From Chara braunii (taxonomy: Eukaryota > Plantae > Charophyceae), in NCBI GenBank assembly GCA_003427395.1, contig BFEA01000030.1, forward strand, positions 4,549,244 through 4,613,243: 64,000 nt of DNA, written 5' to 3'. Of this stretch, positions 37,960-50,101 are shown in pieces. Position numbers and translations under genes: made by a program. Under the pieces are notes generated by a model, which was not told the origin of the DNA, searched no databases, and saw nothing but the letters and a program-made list of their open reading frames with translations. The first letter of the stretch is position 1. Each line of letters starts with the position of its first letter.

Positions 37960-40900
37960 TAGGAGGTTGATCAAATTAATATCCTCAAGTTAACTATCTA
38001 TTTCATAGTATATCTTCCCAGTTCATCTTGTCGAGAATACTCCCTTTCTCAAGGGTCGCCCTCCGTAGTAGTCGGAGGAGAAGGTTGGTGATGTCCTCCT
38101 CCGACCAGAACTGGCTAGACTTAATTTTAAGGATTTGTAGGTCTTTTATTGCTTCCACATTCATCTATTTCAAGTTGGGTGTCTCGTTCAGTCTAAATTT
38201 AATAAAGATATCACTTAATTTTAAGGATTTGTAGGTCTTTTATTGCTTCCACATTCATCTATTTCAAGTTGGGTGTCTCGTTCAGTCTAAATTTAATAAA
38301 GATATCATTCTCTTGTACACTTTCTGGCCCTGCTGGCAATGTGGGGGAGATCCAGACACCCGTTGGGAATTGGTCTTTTATGATTTTAAGGATTTCCGAT
38401 CTCAGCGAGGATGTGTGAGTTTCATGCAAAGTTATATCCCCGTACTGAGAGGGGAGAGTTACCGAGAGTCCTGCCTCCCATTCCCCATTTTTAAGTCTGA
38501 CTGGGAGAAGGATCATTCCTGATTTAGACAAGGGAGACAACGCCTCTGGTCGAGAGAGGAGATGTCTGAGTTTTTGTCTTTTGCTTGTGGAGTCAGGAAG
38601 AGAGGGGGTACTCAACAGTAGGAGCGTTTGTTGTGGTTGTGCATATTGATTTTTTGGGGGTTTCTTTATAGTCAATGATAGTTCGCTCTCATTGTATTGC
38701 TCCTGTGTGAGATCAATTGTTTCCTCCTCTGCCTCTCTAGCATTGGTACTCATTTTGGCAGCCATTTCCTGATCTGTCCTTAGATCTATTGTAACCTCCT
38801 CTGCCTCTCTAGCAATGATACTCATTTTGGCAGCCATTTCCTGATCCGTCCTTCCTTCCATCTCGATTCTCAGTTCCTGGTGGGGGAATATGAGATCAAC
38901 CTCTTCTAATAACGAGGATTTCCTGCCCACTGGATTTATTAGAGATGAACCAATCTGAAGAATTTTTTTTTTCCTCTGTTATTGGGGAAATAATCTCAAT
39001 GAATTTAGGATGTGTTTGCACAGGGCCTTGGGTATCAGTTCTCAGGCTTTCCTCAACTGCTGGGATGTCACTTTGCTGTCGGGGAGCTAAAACAGAGTTC
39101 GTGGTTCCTTCTCCCTGGGGCAGCCTTGGGTCTTGCGACCCTAACTGCATACCCTCCTCCCCTCGAACGAGGGACTGGAAAGCATTTGGGACTGATACCA
39201 AGGATTGGTCCTTTGTGAGCACAACCTGACGGTCTGAGGCCTGAGTGTGGTCCAGGCCGTTAGGGGGAGTGGAGTGTTGGTCCAGAGTGGAGGGTCTGGT
39301 CCTACTTAGCTGAGAGAGTGAGGTGTTGTCTTTTTTTTTTTTTTTTTTTTTTTTTGATTTCCCAGCTTTTTAGGAGCTGAGATTTTCCTGGGAGTAAGGA
39401 CCAGTTTCCGCGACACCTTTTTATGGTACCCTGCTGTCTTCGGCTGCACTTAGAGGGAGTTCTGTTCATTCTGTGTGACCTGTTTGTGACGACTTTCTTT
39501 GTTATGGATTGTGGTTTCGACCCTCGTATGTTTGAATTTTCTCCTCGCCAATTCCTTTATTCTCCTAGCACTTCTAGTGATCCTGGTTACCATAGGAATA
39601 TCCTGGTCTGTTATTCTATCACTGATAATCTGGTTCTGACTTATATCCTCTGGTTGTACAAGGTGCCTCTCGAAGGATACCTTCTCCAACACAGTGTGAA
39701 GGAGTTTATCACACATTTCGGACCAGTCGGAAATAGGTGGAGGGCCGAATTGAAGTATCGTTTTCAAACTGTCACTGTGCGTTAGAAGGGAGGAAATTTG
39801 TTGCTGGATCTGCAACCAGTCTATCCCAGGATTGGCTGCGAATTTGAACTTGAGATTTGCTATAATCCACATAACCATCCTGTGCAGACTGGACCGTAAT
39901 TCTATCAATGACTCCGTTCCTTCTTTATTGACCCCCATTACAGCGAACAACGAGGGCGCTACAGAGGCTGTTTCCACATCCATCAACACCGGAGAGAAAG
40001 TTTTTATCAGTTGGTCTATATCCATGCAATCCATGCAATCAATATAATCTTCTACTCCCCTCCCCCTCTGTGTTGGGACTAAGGTATTAGTCCCGTTTTG
40101 GAGATACAAGGTGTCTTCCGAGGCTAGTGGTAGTTCTCCCGGTCTGACAGATTGATCCAGCTGTTGATTCGCAGTTTGCTCATGATGAATTTGTAATTGT
40201 TGTTATTGTTGTTGTTGCTGTTGTTGCTGGTGTATCTGGTGTGGTTGTTGTGATTGGTGTGTTGTGACCGTTGTGAATGTTATGGTTGTTGCACTATGAT
40301 CAGATTCAGGCTTCTGGGGCTTTCTCCTGATTTCTCTCCATTCCAGATTGCCTGCCTGTGCTTTCTTTTGGAGATAAAATTCCGGGGTCGGACCCAGAGA
40401 CCTACTGTGTCCCGTGGGAGCTTCATCAATACCCTGTAGCATCTGATTTGCCTGATCTGATTGGCTTTGATGGTACGAATGCTCTGAACTCACTTGGTTT
40501 GGGTGACTTTGTTTATTCTGATTTTGGTGCTTCGGATTGCTATGATTCCCTTGCTTCCCCAGATTACCGAGGGGGGGGTGGTAAGATTGGTGTTGCGGGT
40601 TTTGATGCTTGAGGTGTTGTGGCACCCATTCCGCGGGTGGGCGAGGAGTTTTACGATGACCGTTTCTTCCTTCCCAAAACCAACCAATCGTTGCTCCCAC
40701 CGAGTTAATTTCATCACTATAAACCCAACCCTCATGTCCTGGTACCCCCGGAGTCCACCGGTGGGGCCGCTGTGGGTCCTTGTTCAGTCTGTACTCCGCA
40801 TTCATTGCATGTTGGGGATGCATGAAACAGGCAAACTCGGTATTCAAGTGACCGTACGCCTTACATTTAAAACACCACGGTTTGAATTTGTGAGCCGTAT

Positions 40901-41065
40901 GTATTTGATATATCCTTCCACCCATTACTAATCCACATACATCGGTAGTGGGATCTCGCTCCAGGTTGTTGTAGAGGCTGAATTACAGACATGTGAGAGT
41001 CATCTTCGGCACTGGCCCATGTGGTAGAGGCCCTAAGACCATTTCCTAACGGAGATTGTGACACC
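37960..41065 (-). pseudogene. LINE ORF1, unusually long (zinc knuckle, Q/H-rich linker, extra C-terminal domains)
   Basis: CFKCKAYGHLNTEFAC; ORF fragments 40203-40925, 39450-40109, 38896-39222, 38259-38930 directly upstream of ORF2. Confidence 0.75.
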
Positions 41066-41435
41066 GAATTAGAACCTGGGATTTTTTGGAAAAAAAAAGA
41101 AAAAAAAACTCACAATATGGACCCGGTTTCCAACAGGTGCAGTTCGTGGAGCCGTCAATCACAAACCCCCAACTCTAAGGGCACAGTTGCACTAGCAAGA
41201 CACTTTCTTTGCAGCACCGGTTCCAACAACGTGGGTACTAGCAACTGCAGGTCCCCTCAAATAGAATGGAGCCTTCAACAACAAAGCCCCAACTTCAGGG
41301 GCGTCGTTCCACTAGCAAGGTCCTTTCACTGTAGCATGGGTTTGTACAACGTGGGTGACTTCCTTCAACCGTGGACCTTTTTATTTTCCTCTTTCCCCCT
41401 GGGGATTCAAGTTGATCTTGCAGTCCAAGGATTAC

Positions 41436-41590
41436 TTTTTTTTTCTTTTTTTCTTTTTTGGAAAATAGCCCTTGCGTAAGCCCTCGATTTCGGCGGTGGT
41501 AAGAGAACCGTCCGAATTGAGGGCTTATCCGTCGGGCTGCTCCATCTATTGGTGGGGAGCAACACCTGCTGGAAACTGGTCCAGCGTCCC
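41436..41590 (-). other. 3' module of LINE-b plus hairpin plus A-rich tail
   Basis: Core 41539-41590; TAAGCCCTC/GAGGGCTTA stem. Confidence 0.88.
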
Positions 41591-42148
41591 ATTGATACAT
41601 CTTATAACACAGAGAGTGTTGTTTGTTGTTTCCTAGGACTGTGGTCATTTCAGTCGCAGTCTGGGGCTCCGTTGTCCCATGGAGCTGCTAGTATCACCCA
41701 TCCCGTCTTGGAGCACCCCTTTTCTATTAGCCCAGTGCTATTCAGCAGCCCTCCTATTTGTTATTGCTATGTCTGTTCTTTTAAACCCTTGAAGCCCTTA
41801 AAACCCTTTCCCCTCTCAAAACCCATGCAAAACACATTTGTGATCCTTGTAGCCTGAGGATCAGCAAAAGGTGGAATGCACTCCAATGTGATGCCGCTTT
41901 TGTTGTGTAATACAGTCCTGCGCCTTGAAGAGAGCGGCCAAGACTCCATGCACCTTAACCCTTAAACTGTTATACCGTAGTCTGCTCGATTGCAGTATCC
42001 CTTCCCTGGACTGCATTCGTGGTCTGAGGGCCCTGCTCCCTTAGACGCGTCGGTCTTCATAGTTCCATCTGCAGGATATTCGGCAGTGAGAAGACGGCTG
42101 TTGCCCCGGTCATTGGTGCCATTACTGTTGTTGTTGTCTGTCAGTCCA

Positions 42149-42620
42149 CACAAGCGGTTATCGGGTAGCTGAAAATTCAGGAATGAAAATTCTAAAGTGA
42201 TTGTTTTCGGCAGTCTGAAAATCCTGAATGGTTCTGAAGTGGTGAAAGGTCCGAAAACCCTGAAAACCACCTGTTTAGGCAGGCTACATCCTGAAGTGGT
42301 GAAGGGTGTCCTGAAGTGGTCAAGCGAGAATTTTGGGCAGTCTGAAAATCCTGAATGGTCCTGAAGTGGTGAAAGGTTCGAAGACCATGAAAACTACCCT
42401 TCACCACTTGAGGGTGCAACCTGCCTAAACAGGTGGTTTTCAGGGTCTTCAGACCTTTCACCACTTCAGGACCATTCAGGATTTTCATACCTGAATGGTC
42501 CTGAAGTGGTGAAACGTTCGAAGATCCTGAAAACCACCTGTTTAGGCAGACTGCATCCTGAAGTGGTGAAGAGTGTCCTGAAGTGGTGATGAAAAATATG
42601 ACTGTTGTTAACCTTCTCTC
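42149..42620 (+). mobile_element. 472-bp non-autonomous element with 8-bp TSD (TCAGTCCA), copy 2
   Basis: TSD at 42141-42148 and 42621-42628; same length and termini (CACAAG...CTTCTCTC). Confidence 0.92.
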
Positions 42621-45600
42621 TCAGTCCAACGTTCAATTATCCCTCGTGTTGTTGTCAGCCACTTGAGCAGTCGGGAGGAAATGAGCGGGGTGAGGTGGCG
42701 GTGGAGCAGTGGGAAGGGGGGAAGCATGGACGAGGGGAGGTGGCAGTGACGGCAGGGCAAGGGGGGGGGGGGGGGGCAGTGGTGACTGGGCTGGTTGCAC
42801 AGGGTGTGGGAGGGTGTGTGGTAGTTGGCTTGGGAGGTGGGGGGGTAGTGGTGAATGGGCTGGTTGCACCGGGTGTGGCAAGGGGTGTGGTAGTTGGCTT
42901 GGGAGGAGGACAAAGTTAGGTTGGAGATAGGGGACCTGGAAGTCAGCGAATGGTTTCCTCTGCCAGGTCGGTTCCGTGGACCTCCGTGGTTTCCATACTA
43001 TGTTCAGATCAGTATCCAGGACCGAAAATAATCTTTTCGGGCCCTTCCATATTTGCATGTAGGAGTCGCAGATCGCTTGTCTGGCAAGGGGGTCCTTCTC
43101 TTCAAAGTGTTGTCGCTTCATGGAATACCATGCTTGCTGGGTCGTGACCCTAATTGATGGTCCCTCCTTTCAAAGGAGCATTTGGTTCTCCATGCAAGCA
43201 TGAGGAGGTGCAACCTTGTATAGGAGAAAAGATTGGTTGCAAAAGAGGACCAATGGGCCATTTGTCGTTATTCTTCTAGTAGTAGGAGTCAAAGATCCCA
43301 TGGTATATGGTGGTGAGTGAGGGAGTGGAAGGTCGCATCCCACCACTGCCATAACTGGGTAACCATAGGACACACCAGCAGGCATTGTTCGAGGGTTGTT
43401 CGGGCTTGCTGTCGGGATCTGCCACAATAGGCACAAATGGGTGACAACTTCCCTTTCTGTTCAAGGTCGGTTTGCGACACAAGCCAGTCGGGGTTAGGGA
43501 GGCAATGATGGAGGATCTCCCATTGCAGAGACCTGTAATTCGTGGGCATAATTTTAGCATATCTGGACCAGGTAAAGGATTCTGAGAGTTTGGGCTCCAG
43601 TGGCGACTCCCGTGCCCATCTGTATGCTATTATGTGGTTGATCTGTTGGTCTCGGCGAGACGCTCTGTACCCCCCTTTGACTGTATAATCCCATGTGTGT
43701 ATGGGTTGAGATCCTGGCCATTCCCATTCAACCGGGTCGAACGGGAGCTTAGCCACCGGCGTGGTGCTTTTGTATACATATAATCCATTCTCGGGGTCCC
43801 CCCCCACTCTCACCTGCATCAGCCCACCCACTCATTTATTGTGTCCAGATCTTCCTTCCTTGTTAGCATGGATTGTCTGGCTGTGGGCGACTGGGGTTCA
43901 TATGCTTCTAGTTCACAAGGTCCATTGTTGTTTTCCCTGGCCTTGACCCTATAGATGGTCAAGGGGAGGGGCAGATCGAAAGATTTAACTACCCAGTCAT
44001 CTTGCAGGACCGTGAACCCTTCCTTGAGTGTGCGCTGTCAAGCTAGGGGGAGATCCTCTCTCAACTGGTCAACCTTATCTTCCACATTCTTTACATATTT
44101 GAGCCTCTCTTGCAGCTGGTGGGGGGCTGCTCATTCCCCTCTCGCTGGGTCCCACAGGTCCCGAACCGTGTAGACACCCTTTTTGGCCCAGATGAGCCAG
44201 GGTGAGTTCGTTGTTAGCGCAAAGGGGACTCCCTTTTCTTGGAGGATATTCGGGTTGCCAAAGAGGGGTTGCCTCCATATATCGTGCCACCTGTTGAGTG
44301 ACATTTTTTGTCGCGGTCCCCGTTGTCTCCACAACTTGAGCATGTAGGGCCAGAGTGAATCCAATGTTATATCTGTCTTTGTCGTCTGCGCAGGGTCAGC
44401 AGTCTGTCCATGCTTTGGGGGTGACGGTATGGTCCAGTGGTTGTTAGTCAACCATTGGAACGGGTGTATTTTTCGGTCTGTGTGTGTCCCGGGGGCCAGA
44501 TTGGTTATCTGGAGACGAGCCAAGGGTTCCCAGGGAATGCCATTCCCAATGAGCAGTCTGATGAGGACTTTGAAAATGAGGGTTTCGCTCTGTCTTTCGG
44601 GGTCCAGGATCCCCAGTCCCCCTTTGGCTCTGGGTTGTGTGAGCATGTCCCATTTGACCCGATTAATGCAGCCTTGGGTCTGGGTGCTGTTTTTCCACAG
44701 GTACGTTGTTAGCGTTCTCTTTAGACTAGCATGTTGTTGCTTGTTTAGTGGCCATACTGCCAATTTGTACCAAACGACCGCTAGGATGACGTTGTTAATT
44801 GCTAATGCCTGCCCTACCAACAAGGTGTGTAGGCCTTTCCATTTTGCCAGCCTGTCCAGTGCCATATTGACCAGCATGTCCCCATGGTCCGGCAGGAGTC
44901 CCACTACAACGAGTCTCACCCCAACACCCTGATTGCGTTTTCCTTACGGGCCCAGGCCACAGCCGGCTTGGTCGAGGGGTGCGGGTCCCACTGCAGTGAG
45001 TCTCACCCCCAACACCCTGATTGCGTCTTCCTTATGGGCCCAGGGCACAACTAGCTTGGTCGAGGGGGGGTGTCCCTGCGCGTGGAGCCACCAACCGTCA
45101 GTCTTAGATCCCCAATTGACTCTCATGTCGTCCGCCAAGGAGAAGAGATGTGTCACTTTGGTGTGTGTTTGGAGGTTGATCGGGTCTGCCCGTAAAAGGA
45201 CGGTGAGGTCGTCCACAAACAATGATGATACCAATATAAGGTGTTGAGGATGGGGTCACCCTGACGTACCGACCTTTGAAAAAGTGTCGGTGATGAGAGG
45301 TGACCGTTGAGCATTATGCTCGTTGTAGTCGATCTGTGCACCCATCGACAGAAGGTCGGGCCAAAGTTCATCCTAGCAAGGCACATGTCTAGGAAATACC
45401 AGTCGACATGATCATACGTCTTTTTTCAAAGTCTATAAAAAAAATTGCAGCTTGGGCTTTTTGTGGTCGGACGTATTTGATTGTCTCATTGACAAGCAGG
45501 ATGTTATCTTGGATGTTTCGATTGGGCATAAAGCCTATTTGGTCTGGATGCATGAATATGTTTATGAAGGGTAACAGTCTGTTTATCAGAGTTTTGGCTA

Positions 45601-46089
45601 CCAATTTATATGGGACGGGGAGGAGAGTAATAGGTTGATAGTTTCTAATGTTCTCTTTATCCTCTTCATTATATAAGAAGGTTGTGACCCCTTGTATGAT
45701 CATTCCCCCAAACGAGCCTTCATTTTGCACCGCCTTGATATATTCTATGATATCCTCACTAAGGAGATTCCATAATTGTACCCAATTTCTTAGGGAACTA
45801 GTCTACACCACGTGTCTTCTCTTCTTCCGCGCCTTGGAGGGTCGCGACCGAAAACAAAATAGCTGGTCGAGGTACAGGTGGTTTAATTTTTTTCTTCTGG
45901 GACTGACAGAAGAAGAAATTTCATTTACATCATTGTCACATAGTACTCTTTTCACATTTTGTTGTTAATATTTTGCAATGACATAATGCCACTTTTTTTT
46001 TTTTTCCAAGTTTTTTTGCAAGTCCACTATCCCGACGGTGGTATCTTCCTAGTATCATCCACATACGATAGGGTAGAGGGCGGTGCACT

Positions 46090-46600
46090 GGATGCTTTTT
46101 GGCCCAATTGATTAAGGATTGGAGGTGGCGGCTACCCCTACTGGACCCCCCCTCCCTCCTCCCCTCCCCCTGCCCCCCCGAGATTTGGGAGGAAGTATAC
46201 CATCAACCCTTGTCTGGCAACTGGTGGATCATAGTCCATCAACGTAGAATTTTTAGTACCTCAATGTGCCCCTGGAGCAACTGGTGGATCATAGTCCATC
46301 AACGTAGAATTTTTAGTACCTCAATGTGCCCCTGGAGTAGCTGGATCAAAAGAGGGATCACTAAAGATGGAGACCTGTGAAACACCAAAACCAGGGACTG
46401 GAAAACTGGGCTGCAGCTTTGTTAGACCCAGCCCTACTGTCACGAAATTGGGGAAGGGTTGGAAAACCTCATCTTTTCATCCCCCTGGGCTGGGTGGTCA
46501 TCCAACGATGAGGTCCATCCCTGGAAGCAGGTGACAGGGTAGCGGAGAGAAACACTGAAGGAAAAGTGAGCAATATACTGGAGAGGTGCAGCCTGGCGAC
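46090..46600 (+). pseudogene. LINE ORF2 C-terminal fragment with 60-bp tandem duplication
   Basis: WEEVYHQPLSGN...PWSSWIKRGI resembles WEEINQQPLFNN and WHDIWRQPLFGN of LINE-a/b. Confidence 0.65.
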
Positions 46601-46699
46601 ATCCTTGTGAACTATTTCCAACTAGACACCAAATAATGTTTTAGTCCAGTGTAGCCTAGATGAAGTGATGTGAGCCAGTCGACCGAGCTTTACTGTGTC

Positions 46700-46870
46700 C
46701 GGTACTGAAAACAAAAGATAAATAGTTGGCAGTCTAAGTTCCATATTCCACAGGTCCTTGATCCTAGAGATTCTATTTTGGACCCACCTATGAACGAAGG
46801 CCCTCTCTCCTTCCTCTGCGGACCATGGACTGCCGTACTCATCTCTCAATCAATTATTTTCAAATAAATG
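46700..46870 (-). pseudogene. LINE ORF2 C-terminal fragment
   Basis: LFENN..G.PW...WVQNRISRIKDLWN resembles WAKKGVYTVRDLWD. Confidence 0.55.
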
Positions 46871-46998
46871 TTGATTCAGGATTTCATCTGCTCCGGTGCC
46901 CCCCGGATCCAAGGCGGCTTCTTTCCCCCCCCCCCTTTCCTCCACACAGGGATCACCGACCCTGATGGCCCGGCCAACCGGCTGCATATTTCTACTAA

Positions 46999-47295
46999 AA
47001 TTGACATTTCGTTAAAACTGACATTTTTTTATGAATTCACGAAAGTGGACTTAGTCAAAGTTTCATTGCTCATCGGGTGAGAAAGTGGTTATCTCACTTT
47101 GTCCATCTGATGTACCTCAACGTAGAGTACCGTTAACATACATCCAATGGTCAGATCATCGGGAGTCGCCATGACACCCAATGATCTGATCATCCGACGT
47201 CATGGGAACAAAAAAACACTAAAAAATGTTGGTTTTTGGTATGCTCAATTTGGTGAATTTAGAAAAAAAATGTCCGTTTTAACGAAATGTCAATT
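46999..47295. repeat. Inverted repeat, MITE-like
   Basis: AATTGACATTTCGTTAAAACTGACATTTTTTT vs AAAAAAAATGTCCGTTTTAACGAAATGTCAATT. Confidence 0.75.
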
Positions 47296-47402
47296 ATAAA
47301 AAGATTGATCCTACACAGTCAATCCCCTGATATCAAGGGCACTCAATGCTGGCACGATCCCGAGAGTCTCAACCGTTCTTAAAAATTATGAGGAACTGTC
47401 AA

Positions 47403-47480
47403 GTTGATGTAGCTCAGTGGTTAGAGCACAGGTCGAAATGCGCATTGTGGTATAAGGTTGTGGTTTCAAAACCTCGCAAC
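47403..47480 (+). ncRNA. tRNA-derived sequence (pseudo-tRNA or SINE head)
   Basis: A-box GTAGCTCAGTGGTTAGAGCA, B-box-like GGTTTCAAAACC, GTTG/CAAC acceptor remnant; no clean anticodon arm. Confidence 0.6.
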
Positions 47481-47734
47481 CTTGTGCATGGACACCGGCA
47501 GGGCGTTAGAGTGATGCACAATTGGACACACACCCCTTGGGATGACGCAGGTAAGCTATTACAGACACCGCTTGCGCACCACCCAAGGGGTAGCTCATGG
47601 TTGTTGTATGTTGGGACTGAGCGATGGCGTGGTATCCTGGTATTCTTGGTCTATGGGGTGGTCACGAGACTGCTGGGTGGTTTGTACAGTCTGGTTTACT
47701 CGAGCCCAGCAGAGCAAAGCTACATACTATTTCA

Positions 47735-47805
47735 TAGCGTAAGCCAATAGGTTAGGTCATTTGCATGATTCACATGGCTTAGAGGTCCTGTGTTCGATAC
47801 CAGAT
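47735..47805 (+). ncRNA. Second degenerate tRNA-like sequence
   Basis: TAAGCCAATAGGTTAGG A-box-like and GTTCGATACC B-box at tRNA-like spacing. Confidence 0.4.
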
Positions 47806-47808
47806 TCT

Positions 47809-48810
47809 GACTTAGGGCTGGTCATCCTCCTAATACGTAGTCAAGTGTTGAGGCTGGCATAGCATTTCCTTAGTACGGGATGTCGGGGGTGTCAGGAAAA
47901 TACTGCACTTTACCGCGGGCCGGAACGGGCTCCAGTTACATACGAGGGAACATAGGATTTTCAGCTCTTACAGATTACCATACAACACAGGCTTAATAGA
48001 TTCTCCAAGGTTAATATACACAGTCCATGATTCACGACTCAGGGTTGGCTATCCTCCTAGCACGTAGCTTAGGGTTGAGGCTGGCATAACAGTTCCTTAG
48101 TACGGGATGTAGGGGGTGCCAGGTGATACTGCACCTTACCGCGGGGCCGGAACGGGCTCGAGGGATGTACGAGGGAACGGAGGATCCCCAACTCTCTCTA
48201 TCATCAACACAATAGAACACTACTAATGCAGAATCAGGGTTGGCTATCCTCCTAGAACGTAGCTTAGGGTTGAGGCTGGCATAGCAGTTCCTTAGTACGG
48301 GATGTAGGGGGTGCCAGGAGATACTGCACCTTACCGCGGGGCCGGAACGGGCTCCAGGGATATACGAGGGAACGGAGGATCCCCAACTCTCTCTATCATC
48401 AACACAATAGAACACTAGTAATGCACACATGACTTAGGGTTGGCTATCCTCCTAGTACGAAGCATAGGGTTGAGGTTGGCATAGCAGTTCCTTAGTACAA
48501 GATGTTGGGGGTGTCAGGAGATACTGCACCTTACCGCAGGGTTGGGACGAGCTCCAGGGATATACGCGGGAACGGAGGATCCCCAACTCTCTCTACACGC
48601 AGTAATACAACATAAGGATAAAAGATTCAAAGTCATAACTCAAGACTCAGGGTTGGCTATCATCCTAGTACGTAGGATAGGGTTGATGTTGGCATAGCAG
48701 TTCCTTAGTACGGGATGTCGGCGGTATCAGAAGATACTGCACTTTACCGTGGGGCCGGAACATGACTCTAGGGACACACGAAGGAATGAAGGATTCTCAG
48801 TTCTCTGTCA
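47809..48810. repeat. Array of 5 conserved ~165-bp units with variable linkers
   Basis: Units start ~47809, 48036, 48230, 48431, 48644. Confidence 0.93.
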
Positions 48811-49040
48811 TCACCACACGAATGTGCTTGCAATCGAGTATGGCTTGAGAATTTGAGACTGGCTTTGCAACAATATAGATTTTAGGAGTGTTTGGACTAT
48901 AAAGCATTATGGTAGGGTTTGGAGACAAAAATAAATCCTAGGAAAGAGGAAATTCGAAATAGAGAACGACTTGAGTTAAGGCATAAGTGACGCCCTTAGG
49001 GGTGAAGAGGCTATACTCTCTTTCTGACAAACTGTTGTAA

Positions 49041-49115
49041 GGGACGTCGAACCCCTTTTTCGCACGTGCTGCTCCCCATGAATAGATGGGGCCGGAGTGT
49101 TTGCAAAAAAAAAAA
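49041..49115 (+). other. 3' module variant plus poly(A)
   Basis: GGGACGTCGAACCCCTTTTTCGCACGTGCTGCTCCCCATGAATAGATGGGGC. Confidence 0.7.
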
Positions 49116-49116
49116 G

Positions 49117-49540
49117 GGGGTAACTTCAGTAGAGTCACAAAACCGAGTTATTACTGCACTATGGGGCAAGATACAGTTTGCAATTGCACTTCAGGCACCC
49201 TACCTGACCAGAAAGTTGGGTTGTATACGTTGCCCCAACTGCAATTGCAAAATGTATCTTAGCCCATACTTCAATTATAATATTTTTGTGACTCCGTAGC
49301 CCCCCTCCCCGGCCCGCCCCCCAAAAAAAAAAAAAAAAAAAAAATTACACGGGAGTCACAAAAATGAGTTATAATTGCACTATGGCCCATAGGCCAAGAT
49401 ACAGTTTCAAATTGCAGTTCAGACAATATATACAACCCAACTTTCTGGCCAGGTAGGGTGCTCGAAGTGCAATTGCAAACTGTATCTTTGCCCCATAGAG
49501 CAATTATAACTCGTTTTTGTGACTCTACTGAAGTTACCCC
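49117..49540. mobile_element. Two MITE family A copies in inverted orientation separated by C and A tracts
   Basis: 49117-49304 (+) and 49344-49540 (-). Confidence 0.85.
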
Positions 49541-50036
49541 AAAAAAGAAATAACGGCGGACACGGCATGTTTTCAAACCCTAAAGGCAAAATAAACTCGC
49601 ACCGGCAAAGAAACCATGAGCTAACTCGAAATGAGCGGTTTCGGTCCAAAAGTATCCGTTGTGCTTTTTTTTTTTTTTTTTTTTTTTTTCCTTTGACACA
49701 ACGGGCGACCCCTGTAAGTATGATACCCGGTTTGACACCACGGTCATCGGTACTTCCGTTGTCTTTTCAAACTCGACAACAACAATAACAACGATGATGG
49801 TGGCGGGAGCGACGTCCACGGTAGCAACATGATGGGATTGATATCGCAGGTGGACGCGGTGGGGGTGAGGATGGGGGTTGACACGGGTGAGTGGCTTTCT
49901 GTCCTCCCCGGTGTTCGTGCATCCGAGGTCATCATTAGCACAATGGGTGAGATGATGCAAGCAGACGTGGTGGGAATTGGGGCTGATATGGATAAGGGGC
50001 TTGCTATCTTCCCCCTCCTCCATGATAATGATGGCG

Positions 50037-50101
50037 ATAACAACAACAACAACATCATAAACAACAACAACAACAACAATAACAACAACAACAATAACAA
50101 C
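50037..50101. repeat. (AAC)n microsatellite within an imperfect ~310-bp duplication (about 49780-50220)
   Basis: Seen directly; GATGGGGGTTGACACGGGTGAGTGG occurs twice. Confidence 0.9.

Larger units (their letters stand above)
32618..41065 (-). mobile_element. L1/Tx1-type LINE (LINE-a), decayed; 5' part of ORF1 missing
   Basis: ORF1 with CCHC knuckle, APE endonuclease, RT, 3' structured module and poly(A) (poly-T 32618-32644). Confidence 0.92.
41436..45800 (-). mobile_element. 5'-truncated L1/Tx1-type LINE (LINE-b): RT, zinc finger, long C-terminal tail, 3' module, A-rich tail
   Basis: NYQPITLL..YKL, FFIDFEK, SVRQGDP, LFVDDL, WDMLTQPRAKGGLGI, CAYC...TLEQCLLVC. Confidence 0.92.

Noticed and set aside
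35693-42620. One 7-kb composite transposon bounded by the two inverted 472-bp copies
   Set aside because: Each copy has its own distinct 8-bp TSD, so they are independent insertions.
47403-47480. Functional tRNA gene
   Set aside because: Anticodon arm and acceptor stem do not pair properly; kept only as tRNA-derived.
47809-48810. CRISPR array (repeat plus variable spacer)
   Set aside because: Repeats are ~165 bp and diverged, linkers are partly homologous, there are no cas genes, and the context is eukaryotic.
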